In this document: positions 23,701 through 35,399 of the stretch, piece by piece
Numbering within the stretch: the first letter of the stretch is position 1
Layout: every line of letters begins with the position of its first letter
Source of the DNA: Takakia lepidozioides
Lineage: Eukaryota; Plantae; Bryophyta
DNA: 64,000 bases
Assembly (NCBI GenBank): GCA_030704615.1
Contig: CM060731.1
Coordinates: 34,844,001 to 34,908,000 of the forward strand
Direction of reading: 5' to 3'
The notes under the pieces: generated by a model
The model's database searches: none
Seen by the model: the letters and a program-made list of their open reading frames with translations, nothing else
What the model was told of the DNA's origin: nothing
Made by a program: the position numbers and the translations under genes

Positions 23701-26004
23701 GATTGTTATGTTTTTCGCGGATATGAAGGATATGTTTTTATGAATTTGGTAGTAGTGAACTTTGATCATCCAGGTTTGTTGACACTGAGACTCGTTGCTG
23801 GATTCTGCTTTGCATGACTTAAGACAGGGGAGCAAAGTGAAAATGTACACATGCTTCTAGCAAACCTATTTGATATATTTGAATGGGGATGGGATGTGAC
23901 ATTTCACAGTATTCAGAGTAATGTGGTATTCCATGTGTTTCAGCAAATATGAGTTCAACAAGATGATTGAGGGAAGTATTTTTGGTTTGGACCCAAGCTT
24001 CTCGAAATACTGCAATGATGATGCTTTCAAGGTACAGGTTCCTGGTGGCCTTGTCAGTCTTATCCTCTGTCTTCAATTGGTTCCACTTTTGATTCCTTTT
24101 CAAGCGAAGTTGAGAGTCTCAAGGCATTTGTACGTATGTGATTGTGTCAAGTTTAAAATCAGGAAGCCTGAAATTTAGTACATCCACTGGAAGCCCGAAC
24201 ACCCTATGGGGACCAAAAGCAACGTACAAATGAGAATTCTAAAATCAAAACAAGGTGTAACACTCCGATGGACATGGTCAGTTGCAGCTTACCAATTGCA
24301 GACAAAGAGGGAGAAAAAAAGAGAGAGACTTTATAAGAACCAAGGAAGTCCACAGAGCCTATGCAACAAGAAAATTTGAATGGGAAGGGGCCCCACTCAA
24401 ATAGGGCTCAGTTGTGATTGGATGCTTGCAAGCCAACACAGAAAAGATCAGAAGTGCCCAGTGCAAGAAAGAGGTGCACCGTATCACTGCACATGCTGCT
24501 GCGGATATCCAATTTGACTACTCTTTCTTGGAATCATGTCAAAGTATGATTTGCACAATCTCTCTGCACCCATAATTGTAGAGAGACCGGCCACAGAAAG
24601 ACAGAGATATATTCTGGCTACAAGTGTGGAAGCTCTACCTATATGGGTCATTCTTTGGCAGGAGTAGCTTTAGGAGACAAGGCATGTGATGAAAGTTAAG
24701 GGTTGGAAAGGAGGTTGGTCTGTCACTCAACTCACAGTTGGTAACCCTCATGTTGATAGAGGCACACGAGACCATTTGCAAGGGTGTGTTGGAGGGAATG
24801 GGCCAGGTGCTTCAATGCTTGCAATTCAATCGAGCAAAATTGGATGAAACCTGCCGTTCTGCTTTGTTTTTCATGGTATTGAGCTTTGCCATCCTTTCCA
24901 ATCAGTTCTGGAAACATCTCATACCGGTAAATACTAAATTTGCATATAATGCTTTCCATAGAAATATCAGCAGGAGACAGGGACATGGTTGCATTAGGGT
25001 GCACTGTACAGTGCAAAATTTAGAAGTATCTTCTAGACAGGGACATCCATTGTTTTCATGAACTAGTACACTGTTGCCTAAGACAGATTTTCAACTAATT
25101 AAAGCTGAAACCCTAGAGTCGAGTTTTCCAGGAAGTGCAAATTGCAGAAGACATTGATTTCAAGATTCCTATGAAACAAGCCTGCTATCAAGAGATCCAA
25201 CAATTTTGCAGTGGCATGAAAAGAGGTACCATTCATTTTCTTCTACCTTAGTACATTGTAAAATTCCCAAGAGATTGTTTACTGCCCACATTGCATGCAT
25301 GGATGGTGGCTTGTAATTTAATGGAGTCGTCTACTGAGTTGTAGAGGCAACAGTTATCAGAACATTTATATCTGGACCCCTTGCTGTAGTACGTGTTCAC
25401 TTGACATGTCTGCATGATTATAGGTTACATACATCTGCAGGTTATGATGCACTGTGGCATAGGAAGCTCACGAGGGAGGCTTGGGACAGGCCATGCTTCC
25501 ATTATCGAGTGCTTGCAGGAGCTGAGGAACCTGGACAACTCTCAGATGAGGAAAGAGTACAAGAAGGAAGTTGAGCACGACAGGGTGCTTTCTGCCCAAG
25601 GTTGAAATCTCTCTTATCACTTCAGTGGCAAGTTTTTCTAATATCTTCTCCTATATTCCCTCTGATGTATACTCTGCCGTAAGCTGGCAGTACTAGAAAT
25701 ACTCCAATTATTGGCCAGAATGAGCACCTGCAAGCCTGGGGAAGAACAAGGCACGAAAACTTCTTTTAAGCAACTCTTGAAAACTTCCCACGTTGTTACG
25801 CAACAGTCGCCTGCATGAATGGATACCCCAATTACAATGGCTTGGGCCTGTGTACTCCTCTTCATGAGACAAGAGATAAGATAACATTCTGGTTGGTATG
25901 ACAATTCAGACCATGAAAATGAAGGATCTAGAAGTGTGGTTCCGGAATTTCCTCCATGAATAGTAAACTCTCATACCATTCACTCAATCTCTCTTGAGCT
26001 ATGA

Positions 26005-26823
26005 CGAGATGAATTCAAGGTCAGATGGTGGGGTCAGCTGCAACTTATGCCCAACAACAGATATCCTAAGTTAATCGACTCTATATCTTGGAAACAGGAC
26101 TGCCCTGTCAAACAGGCTAAGTCCTGGCAGAAGAGAGTAGAAGAGATCCTCAAGGACCTGGACCTGGATCCGCAAGTCTTGACCCTGCTGGATAAATCTG
26201 ACTTAGAGGCTGTAGTGTCCTCAGCCATGGCTGTTGCCATGAGATTGTCTGATGAAAATGAAGTTAGGCAGAAAACTTCCCTGAACTTGTTTCCAGTCTG
26301 TGACATGGGGGAGGACATCTTGGATGACCTCAAGGGTCTACCCACTCTCGGCACTAGACTGAAATTTAAACTCAGGGCAGGAAGCCTACCTTTGAACAGC
26401 AAACAGAAGCAGAGAGGAAAGGGAGAGTGCAATTGCCCGTTGTGTGGGCAATCTGAAGACAGTATTCATTTTCTGATACACTGTCCGGGGTTCTCTCACC
26501 AAAGAGACGCTCTCTTCAAATCTATTAAGGGAATTGTGCCTGTACCCCTGTTTACCAACTTTGAAAGTCTCGAGGCTGAGCCAAAAGCCCAGGCCCTCCT
26601 GAGGCCTAGTTATTGGGCAAATCACACACAGCAGATTGATGCTTGTGTGAAGGGATTTCTAGAGGATATCTGGAAAACCCGGATTCATTCTTTATATGGA
26701 GGTAAGTCTTACTACCAACGTCAGCCCCTGACAGAGGTAGGTTCTGTCCCTTTTGTTCCCGCTCAAACTGGGCGCAGGGTCAATGGCCACAAGGCTACGG
26801 CAAACAACGTCTTATGAGTACAA
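26005..26823 (+). mobile_element. Non-LTR retrotransposon family A (RTE/RTEX-like C-terminus), 5'-truncated, with 15-bp TSD
   Basis: 256-aa ORF 26047-26817 with the C-terminal CCHC-type motif CPLCG..ED..HFL..C. Perfect direct repeat tctcttgagctatga at 25990-26004 and 26824-26838. Clade assignment is tentative. Confidence 0.9.
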
Positions 26824-27294
26824 TCTCTTGAGCTATGATCTAACACATTGTGTGGAAACGTGTCCAGATTATCGACTCAACCACCGTATAAAAGAAGAAT
26901 GCGCTGAAGACATCAACAGACTCTGTAGAAATAGCTGCCCGACCAACATGGGCTCCTTTTGTGGAGGGAAAATGCTGAAGTGCTTGACAGATCACATCGA
27001 CAAACTACAGTCAAATGCATGTAGAAGTGCAGTTTTTTCTTTTGAGAAGAATCAAGTTACAAATGTGCAGCTCGAGTTACCTCTCCGGGATGCCTGTAAA
27101 GATGATCTCATGCAGATGTCAGCAAGGACCACAGCCACACTCTCGGGTGTCTGCAGTCCCATCATAACCAGCTGTCTACAAACTGCCAGTTTGAAGAGCT
27201 CCGTTTCTCTATAATGGAGGTGTGCTTTCTTTCTTTGAGCTTCCCAGGGTTGCTATAAAGTTTCTCTCTGTTGCTTCCCCTACTGCCATAGAAC

Positions 27295-27700
27295 ATGGAG
27301 GGGGTGGATATTGTGTCCAAACAGGACCGCAGTAGATGCAACAGAAGAGAACTCATTGAACTGCACATCAGGTGGACATTTAACCCAGCCACTCTAACAA
27401 CAAACCTGCAATTCCATTGGGAGAAATTCTTGGATTTCGGTGATGATAGGATTTTGCGGCCTAATTACCAGTCTGCGGCTCTATCTCCCTCTCTTCTAAG
27501 GGCATTGGGTAGGTTCAGGGTGGACTCCCACAGTCTGCAGATAGAGATTAGTAGATGGGAAGTTCTGCAACGTGAAGACCTTTTATTCCGGGACCCAATC
27601 TCTCATATTACGAGGATCAGAAATGCTTGGCAGTTTACCTGCATGAAGCATGTACTCTTAGACAATCCCTTGAGCTTTAGTTGTTTCTAGGCTGTTTGTG
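27295..27700 (+). mobile_element. Decayed LINE 3' fragment (second family)
   Basis: Translation LRALGRFRVDSHSLQIEISRW...RED resembles the RFR.SSH.L.IE.GRW motif at the C-terminus of RTE/L2-like ORF2. Confidence 0.6.
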
Positions 27701-29292
27701 GCCCCTCTCTCTTTCTTGTTTCTTTCTTCCCATTGTCCCATGAGCTTCCTTTATAAGGTACCTCGTCATTTCTTAGTGGAACACTCCCTTCAACGGGGAG
27801 TCCCCCAACATATTCCTTTCTTGATTTGGATAAAATATAACTGTACTGGGGCTCTTTTACTCTAATAGTCTTATGCCCGTGTTACTTGTCTTTGACTACA
27901 GTTGGCATTTGTTACTAAATAATTGTTTGAGCTTGCAGGCATCAGATATCAGGCTCACTCCATCTTTGATGAATGTCTGTGGACATGGTAACTTCCCTTC
28001 TTTCTACTTCTTCATACCGCTGGAGTTCTGAATTTAATGAACCATGAAGCGTACTGTGAATTATGTTTGGGGGTCACCTGTGGCCTTGTCAAATACAGTG
28101 ATCAATCAGTTATGGGTCCTTCGCATATATATTCAACCTTTACTTCTTGTGTGACAGAGCTGAACTTCTGCAAATCAGTGGCACCAGACAAGGGCGACGC
28201 TTTTAATTGCTTGCAACTTCATTTGCAGGCAGTGGAGATGGTTGCCCCATGCAAAGGGGAGGTGAATTTGCAGGAGCTGCGGCATGCTTCAGATTATCAA
28301 TGCGATGTGTGAGTTCGTACGGAGTGCCAAAATGATGAGGCCTCACTCTGTAAAGATGTCAATACGTCTGAGGAGGGGCATGCCTCTATGCTCAAGTGCT
28401 TTTTGAACAAGTATAAGATGCTCTCTGGGGGCTGCCAAACTGAGGTACTCCTACCTGTGCCAACATGTTGTGTAACTTACAAGGAGAGAGCTTTCAAAAT
28501 CAGAAAACAGCTGCCAGTTACTGGACAGAAGAAGCAGCTTATCTCAGTTCATCAGTAAATTCTGAAGAACATGTGGTTTGAATGGAGAATGGCCTGGGAT
28601 GTGAGTGATGTGAATGTAGCATATGCTGTACGAATGGCACTCTGGTAATACAGCATGGGTGCCAATCTTACTACAAGACACTGTAATACAGTGGATATCA
28701 AAGAGATCAACAATGTGTGATAGGAGTTTATGGCCAGTGTCTCACCTCATAGCCAATTAAAAGCCTCAAGAGTCATGGGTTCAATTCCTGACACATTGCA
28801 TCAACTTACATATTAATATACATGAAAATGACCAATGAAATTTCATTGATTTTTGAACAAAACTATATATATAGATATATTGTATGATGAATTTATCAAC
28901 ACGTACCATAATGATGCCAACTCGAGTGGCATACCGAGTTGACACAGATAAAATGGTATCAAAAGGTTCAACCACATGTAGATGAGTGATGTAGCCGGAA
29001 GTGGTTTTGGTAACGGTATACCAAGGGCAAAATGATGTGCCAGTGGCGAAGACTCCACCTCTGCAAACGAGAGCGTATATACAATGTAGATCATGACACT
29101 CCACAAGAGTGAAGCGTACATGATGTCCATCAGACATGCTCAGCCCACGTGTCATAAGTTGCCCCAACTGGTCGAAAAGATGACCTCCATCTGGAAACGC
29201 CTCTATGTTGGCAATATGAGCAATAACCTCGGGGCCAGCATCTTTACCCTCCCACTTGGCAATGGATATACATGATAACAACCCGCAGCCAT

Positions 29293-31313
29293 GACAATGG
29301 TGCGAGGCTTCTATTGCTTGCTTTATTCATACATTTGCTTTCCAAATTTTGCTCTCCTTGCTTTCTTTATGTTGGGCACTGTTCTGAAGTGTGGTTCTCC
29401 ACTTTGCAGAACATGTCCATTGAGGAAATGGCGGACATGTCATCTTGCAATTTGGCAGAGACTGTGCACAACGCATGGTTGCAACAGTCTAGGAAACGAG
29501 GTCGGGATTTGTATGTGGCAACAACAGATGATCTGATACGTGCCTTGCAACAACAAACCAGGATACAATGATTTCTTGCGAGGTGGGGTTGGTGGCAAGG
29601 GTCCGGACAAACTGGAGTTGATGTTGCGTGCTGCAAGCAGATCTGGGGATCCAAGCAAGATAGCACGGGCGATGAGCATGTATGCCCAGGGAACGCCACT
29701 TGTTTCTAGAGTTCCACATCTTGAAGGGGAGGAGAGATCCGGCTCCTGTAAGAGGAAATTGAACACCCCACCTGGTTCGGATTCCGATTCGCACATGGCA
29801 GACCTTGATAACTTCTCGAAGCCTCGTGTTCCCTTGCATGAAAGATCTATGTCCGGAACCTCCATTTTGGAAGAACCTCCGACACGACGACAAGCTCCAG
29901 CATCAAACAGTGCCACTGAAATGGTACAGGAGAGAAACTACCCCCTTGATGTGCTGGAGTCCGCATGCCCCGACCACGTTTGACACATAAAACGCACAAG
30001 TGCAGGGTCTCGTGTGAAATGTACAGCGATTAAGGCAACTAATTTCGAAAAGTGCACTTCATCTATATCCAGAGGCGGTGCCCGGACTCTTGCTCCGACT
30101 TTCACGGGTTTGATGCGTCCGTACGGCCAACAAGAAGCCAAGAACCACAAGTTTTGGTTCTGTGCAGAGCCATCGTGCACGCCTTCATGCCCTGATTCTA
30201 GGGCTTGAGTCCCTGTCTGCCCCCTATCCCATTGTGGTAGATGTGTGGATGGAACTGTGCGTCCTTCCGTGGTGATGAAGCCAACTCCTCAAACCGTTTG
30301 GCCCGTCAAGGTGCGAGCACATCTCACAAGTCAGAAGATTGCAATGTTGGAGGAGGCAGGCTTTTCCCTTGCGAGATAACCCCAACTGCATGCATGTGCT
30401 TCTACTTCTGCGTCCTCTCGGGTCCCTCCGGCAAATCCTCACTTGTGGCCAACCAAACGAGATGAAAAACTGGTTCGGTGTTTCCCTCCAACCGCTGAAC
30501 ACTTCGGCAAAGTGGAGTTCGCAAGAATGCTCCAAGCTCGTGTTGCAAGCACCACGGAAGTGCCCGATCCAGGATATGGTCGGGTGTACACAATGATCAC
30601 TTCAACATCTGTTCATGACAGGGCCTATGACATCACGGTTTCCAATTTTCCCAATTGCACATGTCCTGATTTTGTGAATATGTTATCAACCAGTTTGGGG
30701 AAGAGAGATAAATTCATACCCTGCAAACATTTGTATTTCATATTTTTGAATAGGATGGTTTGCGATCCCAAACGTGACAACTTCGTTCACCAGGCCACTC
30801 TGAGTTTCAACGAGGTCGATACTCTATTGCAGCGGGATACAACACATAGGTAGCATCAACTATGCAATGTGGTATGTGGACGACCATGCTATGAAATGTG
30901 CAATTTGCAACATTGTCATGGAAATTCAATTCAAATCAATTCGTTTGCAACATCGTCGGCGGTGCAATGATATTGCGTCCCCTATCCCTCCATTATGCTT
31001 CCCTATACTGAGTGAGCTCTGAGTGACAACTTTTAAAAGCACATGCATCATTGCACATTTCGAAGTCTAAATGTTTCCTGTCGCTATGCATTGTAATCAT
31101 CTGTTGAAGATGATCCTAACTCTCATTGTTATTTGGGGAGGAAGCAAGGTCTTCCCGTGGCAGCCCCTATGGCGCACACTTTGTGAAGATATTTTCTCGT
31201 CCTTGTAATTGTAAAAGTGAAACAAATATTTGTAATTGCATAATGTTGGATGCTACAATTGTAGGCCTCATGGTAGTCTTGATTGTATTCAGCCAAGGAT
31301 TCCCTGCATTAAT
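29293..31313 (+). mobile_element. SWIM zinc-finger (MULE-related) element fragment inserted into the transposase
   Basis: Broken ORFs 29411-30853 end in the SWIM motif CTCPDF...PCKHLYFIF. Flanked by an 11-bp imperfect direct repeat, cccgcagccat (29282-29292) / cccacggtcat (31314-31324). Confidence 0.7.
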
Positions 31314-32508
31314 CCCACGGTCATATGACCATCCTCACAAAACAACTCCAATGCAACCTCACATACCTAAAAAAAAAAAAATCACATTAATAATTAACAT
31401 GAATGAAGTGACGTGTATCATACTTACAATGGTTGTAAAGATTACGTTACTATAACCAAATGTTTGGAATTGAATAAAACCTATCCGCCTTTGCCGTAGT
31501 GGAGTCGCGAGTCGATACCAAGTTTGACAACTACTTCATCACCAACTCGGCAACCAAAACGCTTCTCATAACACAATATCATATATGTGATCCATGCCTC
31601 AATGCTATCAACTTGCACGCCATATGTAACACCATCCGTGCGGCCCTACCCAAGCCCTGATGCTGAAACCTCGGTATAGAACTCCTAAACACAACAACAA
31701 GTTTAATTTTAATATGAATTCATATTGAAGTGAATATATAAAATACATAAACTCACAAACGTAATATAAATATGTATGCACAAACCAATAAATTAAAACT
31801 AACCTTCATCCGCTGAACGACATTTGTGGAATTAATGTTATTGAAAATGCCATACACATCAAACGACTTAAGAAGTCTCAAAGTGTTGTGAGTCATCCCA
31901 GTATCAACCATCAATGCTGCAATCCGTGTAGGGTCAAAACATTGTCGTATCTTTGTCAATACACGATCTGCCTCACGGTCACGAATAATAGGCCATACAT
32001 CCCAAGTCTGAACAATGTCGACGAGTGCCAAATGACGGTGCTCTATACTCTGGCCTATATATTGAATGACCCTAGAGCTCTCACTATCATGACACTCAGC
32101 CATTGGTACACCAGTGACAACAGATGCCAGATAGGTCATGCCCCACCAGTATTGCCACCTACGACGGTCATATGCACCAGAACCCGTCTCCAAATCACAT
32201 ATGGACAATCTCTGACGAGAGCTCGGCACCGGAGTAACAAACCGTGTGGTGTATGAATGCGGGCCAATAGGGACACGTATTGGTACACGCATGTCAGCAT
32301 GACCCGACTGTATAGTATGAGCAATATCCACATCGACATCAGCAGTCATAGAGACTGTACTATGAGCTGGAGTCATCTTGGGTATATCACTGTGACCATG
32401 AATGACTCGCTCAATACTCTCTAATGCCGCACCAAACTCATCTTCAGTAAGAGGGGGGGGGGGACATCTGGGTCAGGAACGAGATCCGTGTCCTCACGAT
32501 GATGAACC

Positions 32509-32559
<51 letters not shown>
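32509..32559. repeat. (TCA)17 microsatellite encoding a poly-Asp tract on the minus strand
   Basis: Direct reading. It translates as 16 consecutive Asp in ORF 32421-32804. Confidence 0.95.
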
Positions 32560-32977
32560 ATAATAATGCGACTTGGAGTGGAGGCTCCAACAGGTATGAT
32601 CGAAGGACCAGCGATATCTTGATGCAACTCTAATGCGACTGTCTGACGTACCGGTCGACTACCAGATCCACTGAAATGTAATTGTCCTGTCCATGGGGTG
32701 ACTAGGGTTGGAACAATGTCAGGGGCTCGATGACGTTGAGGCCTTGGTGGAGGTCTACGATCTGGCTCAAAACTGAGGGGCAAACCGGAAGAGTCGCTTT
32801 CCATACTTTATTTGACGGTAATAATCATGTTGAGCCCATCATAATTTTACATATTGACCCGCCAACACACAACAACAAACAAACATAAATCTTATGTATA
32901 TCAAAATACATAGTAAGATAGTCAAAATTTATTATATGATTAGATATTATATTCCCATTCAATATCCGGGTCAGTGA

Positions 32978-33137
32978 AGCGTAAAATAATGGTGTTTCTT
33001 GACCCCGAAGGACTACTACCTTCCAACATGAAGGTGGACACCTTTGTGACACCAATCAGTGGGTTCAACTCACAACCATTTCCGAGATTTTTATCCACCA
33101 CCTACTCAATTAACATTGCTATGACAGTTCCATGTAA
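32978..33137 (-). mobile_element. Degenerate copy of tRNA-headed SINE-like element
   Basis: Shares tggtgtcacaaaggtgtccaccttc...gaagg...ccttcggg...acaccat...tttacgcttc with the 34086-34268 copy. Flanked by tcagtga repeats (32971, 33138). Confidence 0.6.
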
Positions 33138-33248
33138 TCAGTGACTCCGTCGGACAGAGCCCACCCGAAAGGAGGCAGTTGCAACTTGCATAAACAATAT
33201 TCTTTCATGTTCGAACCAATGTTGTACTGGTATATCACTTTGCGCCTA

Positions 33249-33664
33249 GGTATGAGTAAGGGTATTGTAGAACATATCGGTTGGGTACGTCTTGGGGGCT
33301 TATACCCCGACTATATCCTGTACCCTCGGGTGTTGAACATTGGACCTACTCCCTACCTACCATACCACTCTAAGTATGGACTATTTTCATACTCCTTTAG
33401 ACCTGTATTGAGGATTGATGAACCCAAGCTAACATGGGTATGTGTAACGATACTCCTTATTTGTGCTTATCCTCATTCACATTTGTGCATTAATGTAGAA
33501 CATAACACTATATCTTTTGCAAATTTTATTCCAAAAAAAATAAAGAAATCATTCTCTACATATCCTATATTTACACATACATAATATATACTCCTAATAT
33601 GTCATACCATACACTTGCACATATAGACCTAGTATCTACATTTAAAATTTGACTTACTCATGCC
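33249..33664. mobile_element. MITE-like element
   Basis: Inverted repeats ggtatgagtaag (33249-33260) / cttactcatgcc (33653-33664), each flanked by TA. Non-coding, AT-rich interior. Confidence 0.4.
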
Positions 33665-34085
33665 TAGGATCAGGGTATGGCCCACATATGAATACTCATA
33701 CCAGCCATGTACCCTATCCACGCGGCCACTGTGGATGTACACTAGGCTCTACCATCTTGGCCTTAAAGGTCCATTAGGTATACCATGACCAGCCTGGAAT
33801 GTTAAAATGGACATACCAGTACAATACTGGTTCGAACCGGATAATGAATGAGATTCATCGTGTCCCATCCAACATTGAATATGTAACATTTTACCTATTC
33901 AAGCAGCTATTGAATAGGTGCACTGACCATGATGCTCGAACAATGCCCATTCAATTGATAATATATAATTTAAGTCGTTCACATATCATTGGAGGTATAT
34001 GGACTCAATACAATCAGTAATAAAGTAATGAAAGGGTTGATCCATGATATCGCCTAAACCCTAAAAGTATTGTTTGATTCATAAT

Positions 34086-34268
34086 ATTTAATATTTAATA
34101 TTTGACGCCTCCCGAAGGAAGCGTAAATTATGGTGTCTCTTCATCCCGAAGGGTTATTGCCTTCTACTAGGAAGGTGGACACCTTTGTGACACCAAGGGT
34201 GGATTGAACCCACAACCACTTCAGTAGGTGGTATGTACCCATTACCACCAGGCTACAACTTGGCTGTC
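34086..34268 (-). mobile_element. tRNA-derived SINE with structured body, tandem-repeat tail and 12-bp TSD
   Basis: A box TAGCCTGGTGG and B box GGTTCAATCC. 3' tail (AAATATT)3. Direct repeat ttgattcataat at 34074-34085 and 34269-34280. Confidence 0.75.
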
Positions 34269-34899
34269 TTGATTCATAATGTAATATGTCACTTACTGAT
34301 TGAAAATAATATCCCATCTTGATTTAGTACGGTAGTACGTGATGCATTGAAAAACCGACATTTTTAAGTCAAAAGAAGCAATATACCCAAAATATCCAAA
34401 AATAATATCGTATAACAAACATTTACATTTGTAATATTTATTCATTCGAAGATGGTACTATATATATATATTCAATTGTATTTTACACAATTGTATAATC
34501 CAAAGTTATATTAATTAGGAATATCAAAATCATAATATCGTAGATGGTAGAAACATCATACCCGACAAGTACAACGACGACACGTTCGTAGTGATTCTTG
34601 TCGGGGTGATCCGTATTTGCAACGTATGTCCTTCCTGCAACAAACAGTCCTTCCTTAGACTTAAGACCACAAAATAAAAACAGAAAAATAAACACAAAAT
34701 AAACACAAAAGTACAAAACAAAATGAAAAAACATTGCAATACAACAAGTAGGCATAGTGGATTGAGGCTTACCTTGAGAAGCTCGTAGAAGAAGCGCACG
34801 TTCAAATGAGGGTTTGCAATTCTTATAGTGTGCAATTAGCCCATAGCAATTAATGCTATGAAAGACCTATTAAAATTTATCGTCCATTGGGTAAAGACT

Positions 34900-35108
34900 A
34901 CCATCCGTTGGACGCAAGCGTGCATCGTTACAAACCACCGTTGAACTTTGGATGGTAAGGAGCATGCACCGTTGGACGGAATGGAATGGCCATTGGGTTT
35001 TGGATGGTAAATGGTTGTGCAATCGTTGGACTTTGGATGGTAAGGGACTTGCACCGTTGGACGGAATGGAACGGCCGTTGGATTTTGGATGGTAAATGGT
35101 TGTGCATT
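34900..35108. repeat. Subterminal tandem repeats (2 x 85 bp, with multiple ccgttgga motifs)
   Basis: Unit cgttg(a/g)actttggatggtaagg...ttttggatggtaaatggttgtgca starts at 34939 and 35024. Confidence 0.85.
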
Positions 35109-35399
35109 GCATATTAGGTGGATGGGATATCATTAATACGCATTGACTTGTGTGTGTGTGCATGGTGCATCATTATGATAAGCTAATAAGACAAACAATT
35201 GTAGTGGTTAGGTGTCATTATAAGGTAATTCATTCATTTGAATTGTTTGAATGCAGTACATTAAATACCCTGGCATGCACACAAGGATGACCGGCGAGAG
35301 CCGGTCATTTTTGGATTTTTGACCGGTTGTTCAAGGTTCAACAAATTTCGTGCAAGGATCCCACAATATAAGATGCGTTTTAAAGTATCTTTCATTGCT

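Larger units (their letters stand above)
21840..28680 (+). pseudogene. GLG1: Golgi apparatus protein 1 (GLG1/MG-160; Cys-rich FGFR repeat) multi-exon pseudogene
   Basis: Successive exon-like blocks with Cys-rich repeat signatures: ACKTDIQDTC...VLKCLR (~22350), DYKLDP..AKCSDDAGKLCKDV (~22580), VIGCLQANTEKIRSAQCKKEV..DIQFD (~24420), CKGVLEGMGQVLQCL (~24780), DYRLNHRIKEECAEDINRLC...GGKMLKCL (~26870), FCKSVAPDKGDAFNCL (~28170), AVRMALW* (~28630). In-frame stops (28310 TGA, ~28646 TAA, ~23366 TGA) and frameshifts. Boundaries are approximate. Confidence 0.8.
28775..35352 (-). mobile_element. Decayed DNA transposon with spliced Transib/RAG1-like DDE transposase (3'-truncated)
   Basis: Minus-strand exons at about 32804-31804, 31684-31481, 31366-31314 + 29292-28905, and 28787-28776. 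Motifs VVVKLGIDSR (first D), YHVYP.IAKWEGKD, FTLVECHDLHCIYAL (second D) and FCPW(Y). Candidate terminus CACGAAATTTG ending at 35352, with subterminal repeats. Contains stops and frameshifts. Confidence 0.55.

Noticed and set aside
21840-31700. In-frame stops rescued by U-to-C RNA editing
   Set aside because: Such editing is organellar. The loci also have frameshifts and TE insertions, and CAG/CGA/CAA-to-stop changes fit methyl-cytosine deamination.
34130-34185. Hammerhead ribozyme in the SINE three-way junction
   Set aside because: No CUGANGA/GAAA core on either strand.
34900-35108. CRISPR-like array
   Set aside because: The inter-repeat sequences are themselves repeated, there are no cas genes, and the context is eukaryotic. 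Better explained as subterminal TE repeats.
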